A DNA stretch of 63,296 nt, counting the filler, from Reclinomonas americana ATCC 50394 (Eukaryota), in assembly GCA_048213135.1 (NCBI GenBank). It is 4 parts of 3 records of this genome, joined end to end, with 100 filler letters (N's around TTAATTAATTAA, not from the genome) between each part and the next. Parts side by side here need not be neighbours in the genome. Positions count along the whole stretch, not along the records: positions 61,852 to 63,296 come from PS015518.1; 3 more parts are not named here. The stretch is one strand, 5' to 3'. The notes beneath the pieces are model-generated. The model saw nothing but the letters and a program-made list of their open reading frames with translations, was not told the DNA's origin and searched no databases. Positions 62,471 to 63,296 of the stretch are shown here, one piece after another; within the stretch, counting starts at the first letter, position 1; each line of letters begins with the position of its first letter. A program made the position numbers and the translations under genes.

Positions 62471-62962
62471 CTCCGGCGCCATCCAATACGGCGTCCCAAT
62501 CATGGTGTTGCGCTTCGAGTACGAGTTGAACATTTGCGCCGACACGCCAAAATCCGCCAGCTTCACCTCGCCGCGCGTGCCCAGCAGCAGATTGCCGCCC
62601 TTGATGTCGCAGTGGATCATGCGTCGCGAGTGCAGATACACGAGACCCTTCAGCACCTCGCGCACCACGTACGCAATGACCTCCTCGGGGAACGGCGCCT
62701 CCATGGCCTCGTACACGTGCGCCACCGAGCCGCCACCCAGGTACTCCATGGCGATCCACAGACGCTCGGGGGTTTGGTAGGCGCCGAGGAAGCGCACAAT
62801 GTTCGAGTGGTCACAGGCTCTCATGAATTCGATTTCCTTGCGGAGGACCTGGTGGTGTGAAGGGGGTGAGGGAGAAGGGGGAATATGAGGGGAAGGGGGG
62901 ATGAGGGGAAGGGGGATGAACGCAACGTCCATGCCTTCGGGGGTGAGGTCGAGGGGGAGAAC
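62471..62962 (-). CDS. STE20-family protein kinase, internal exons
   Basis: KEIEFMRACDHSNIVRF, LWIAMEYLGGGS, IHCDIKGGNLLL, KLADFGVSAQ and KRNTMIGTPYWMAPE. Confidence 0.92.
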
Positions 62963-63296
62963 CTGTGGGGTTTGATGTGGGTGAGTGGGAGGGGGGAAGG
63001 GGGGAAGGAGGGAGGGATGAGAGGAAGAGGAAGCGAGAGAAGAGTAGAGAGAGGAGAGGAGAAGAGAGACAAGTGACGAAACAAGAGACATACAAAGAGA
63101 AGAGAAGAAGAAGAGACGAGTGGCTTCTCTCTCTGAACTCACAGGACACAGAGAAGAGAGAGAGGAATAGACAAGTGACGAGCGTCACAAACGAAACAAG
63201 AGACAAAGAGAAGAGAAGAGAACAAGAGACGAGAGGGAAGGGAAAAACAGATGAGTGGATTCTTTCCTTCGCTCTCTCTCTCTCTCTCTCTCTCTC

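Overview
Intron-rich, GC-rich, gene-dense nuclear DNA from a eukaryotic microbe, probably flagellated. It is not one contiguous locus: three artificial N44-TTAATTAATTAA-N44 linkers (25721, 46477, 61796) join four scaffolds, and there are several N gaps. Splicing the genes by hand gives about 24 models. The recognisable ones are a cystatin, the 5' part of SNRNP40, a multi-TM/3xPAS class III cyclase, a CUE-TMBIM fusion, PIG-P, EEF1AKMT1, a homeodomain-PAS protein, an RIIa/multi-EF-hand protein, LAMTOR4, a poly-Q protein, an ADP-ribosylglycohydrolase, a TRAF-type zinc finger protein, a GPCR-like TM-RGS fusion, a TBC1D7-like protein, a soluble-adenylyl-cyclase-like STAND protein, a Rab32-like GTPase and a STE20 kinase. 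The strongest signal is in the splicing code. I found 36 donors, roughly a quarter of the introns I modelled, that use a +1-shifted 5' splice site (GT-TGCG, GT-TACG or GT-TGAG). In 35 of these 36 the upstream exon does not end in G. This class is a rarity in humans but appears to be a major second donor class here. All gene models are manual and have no RNA support.
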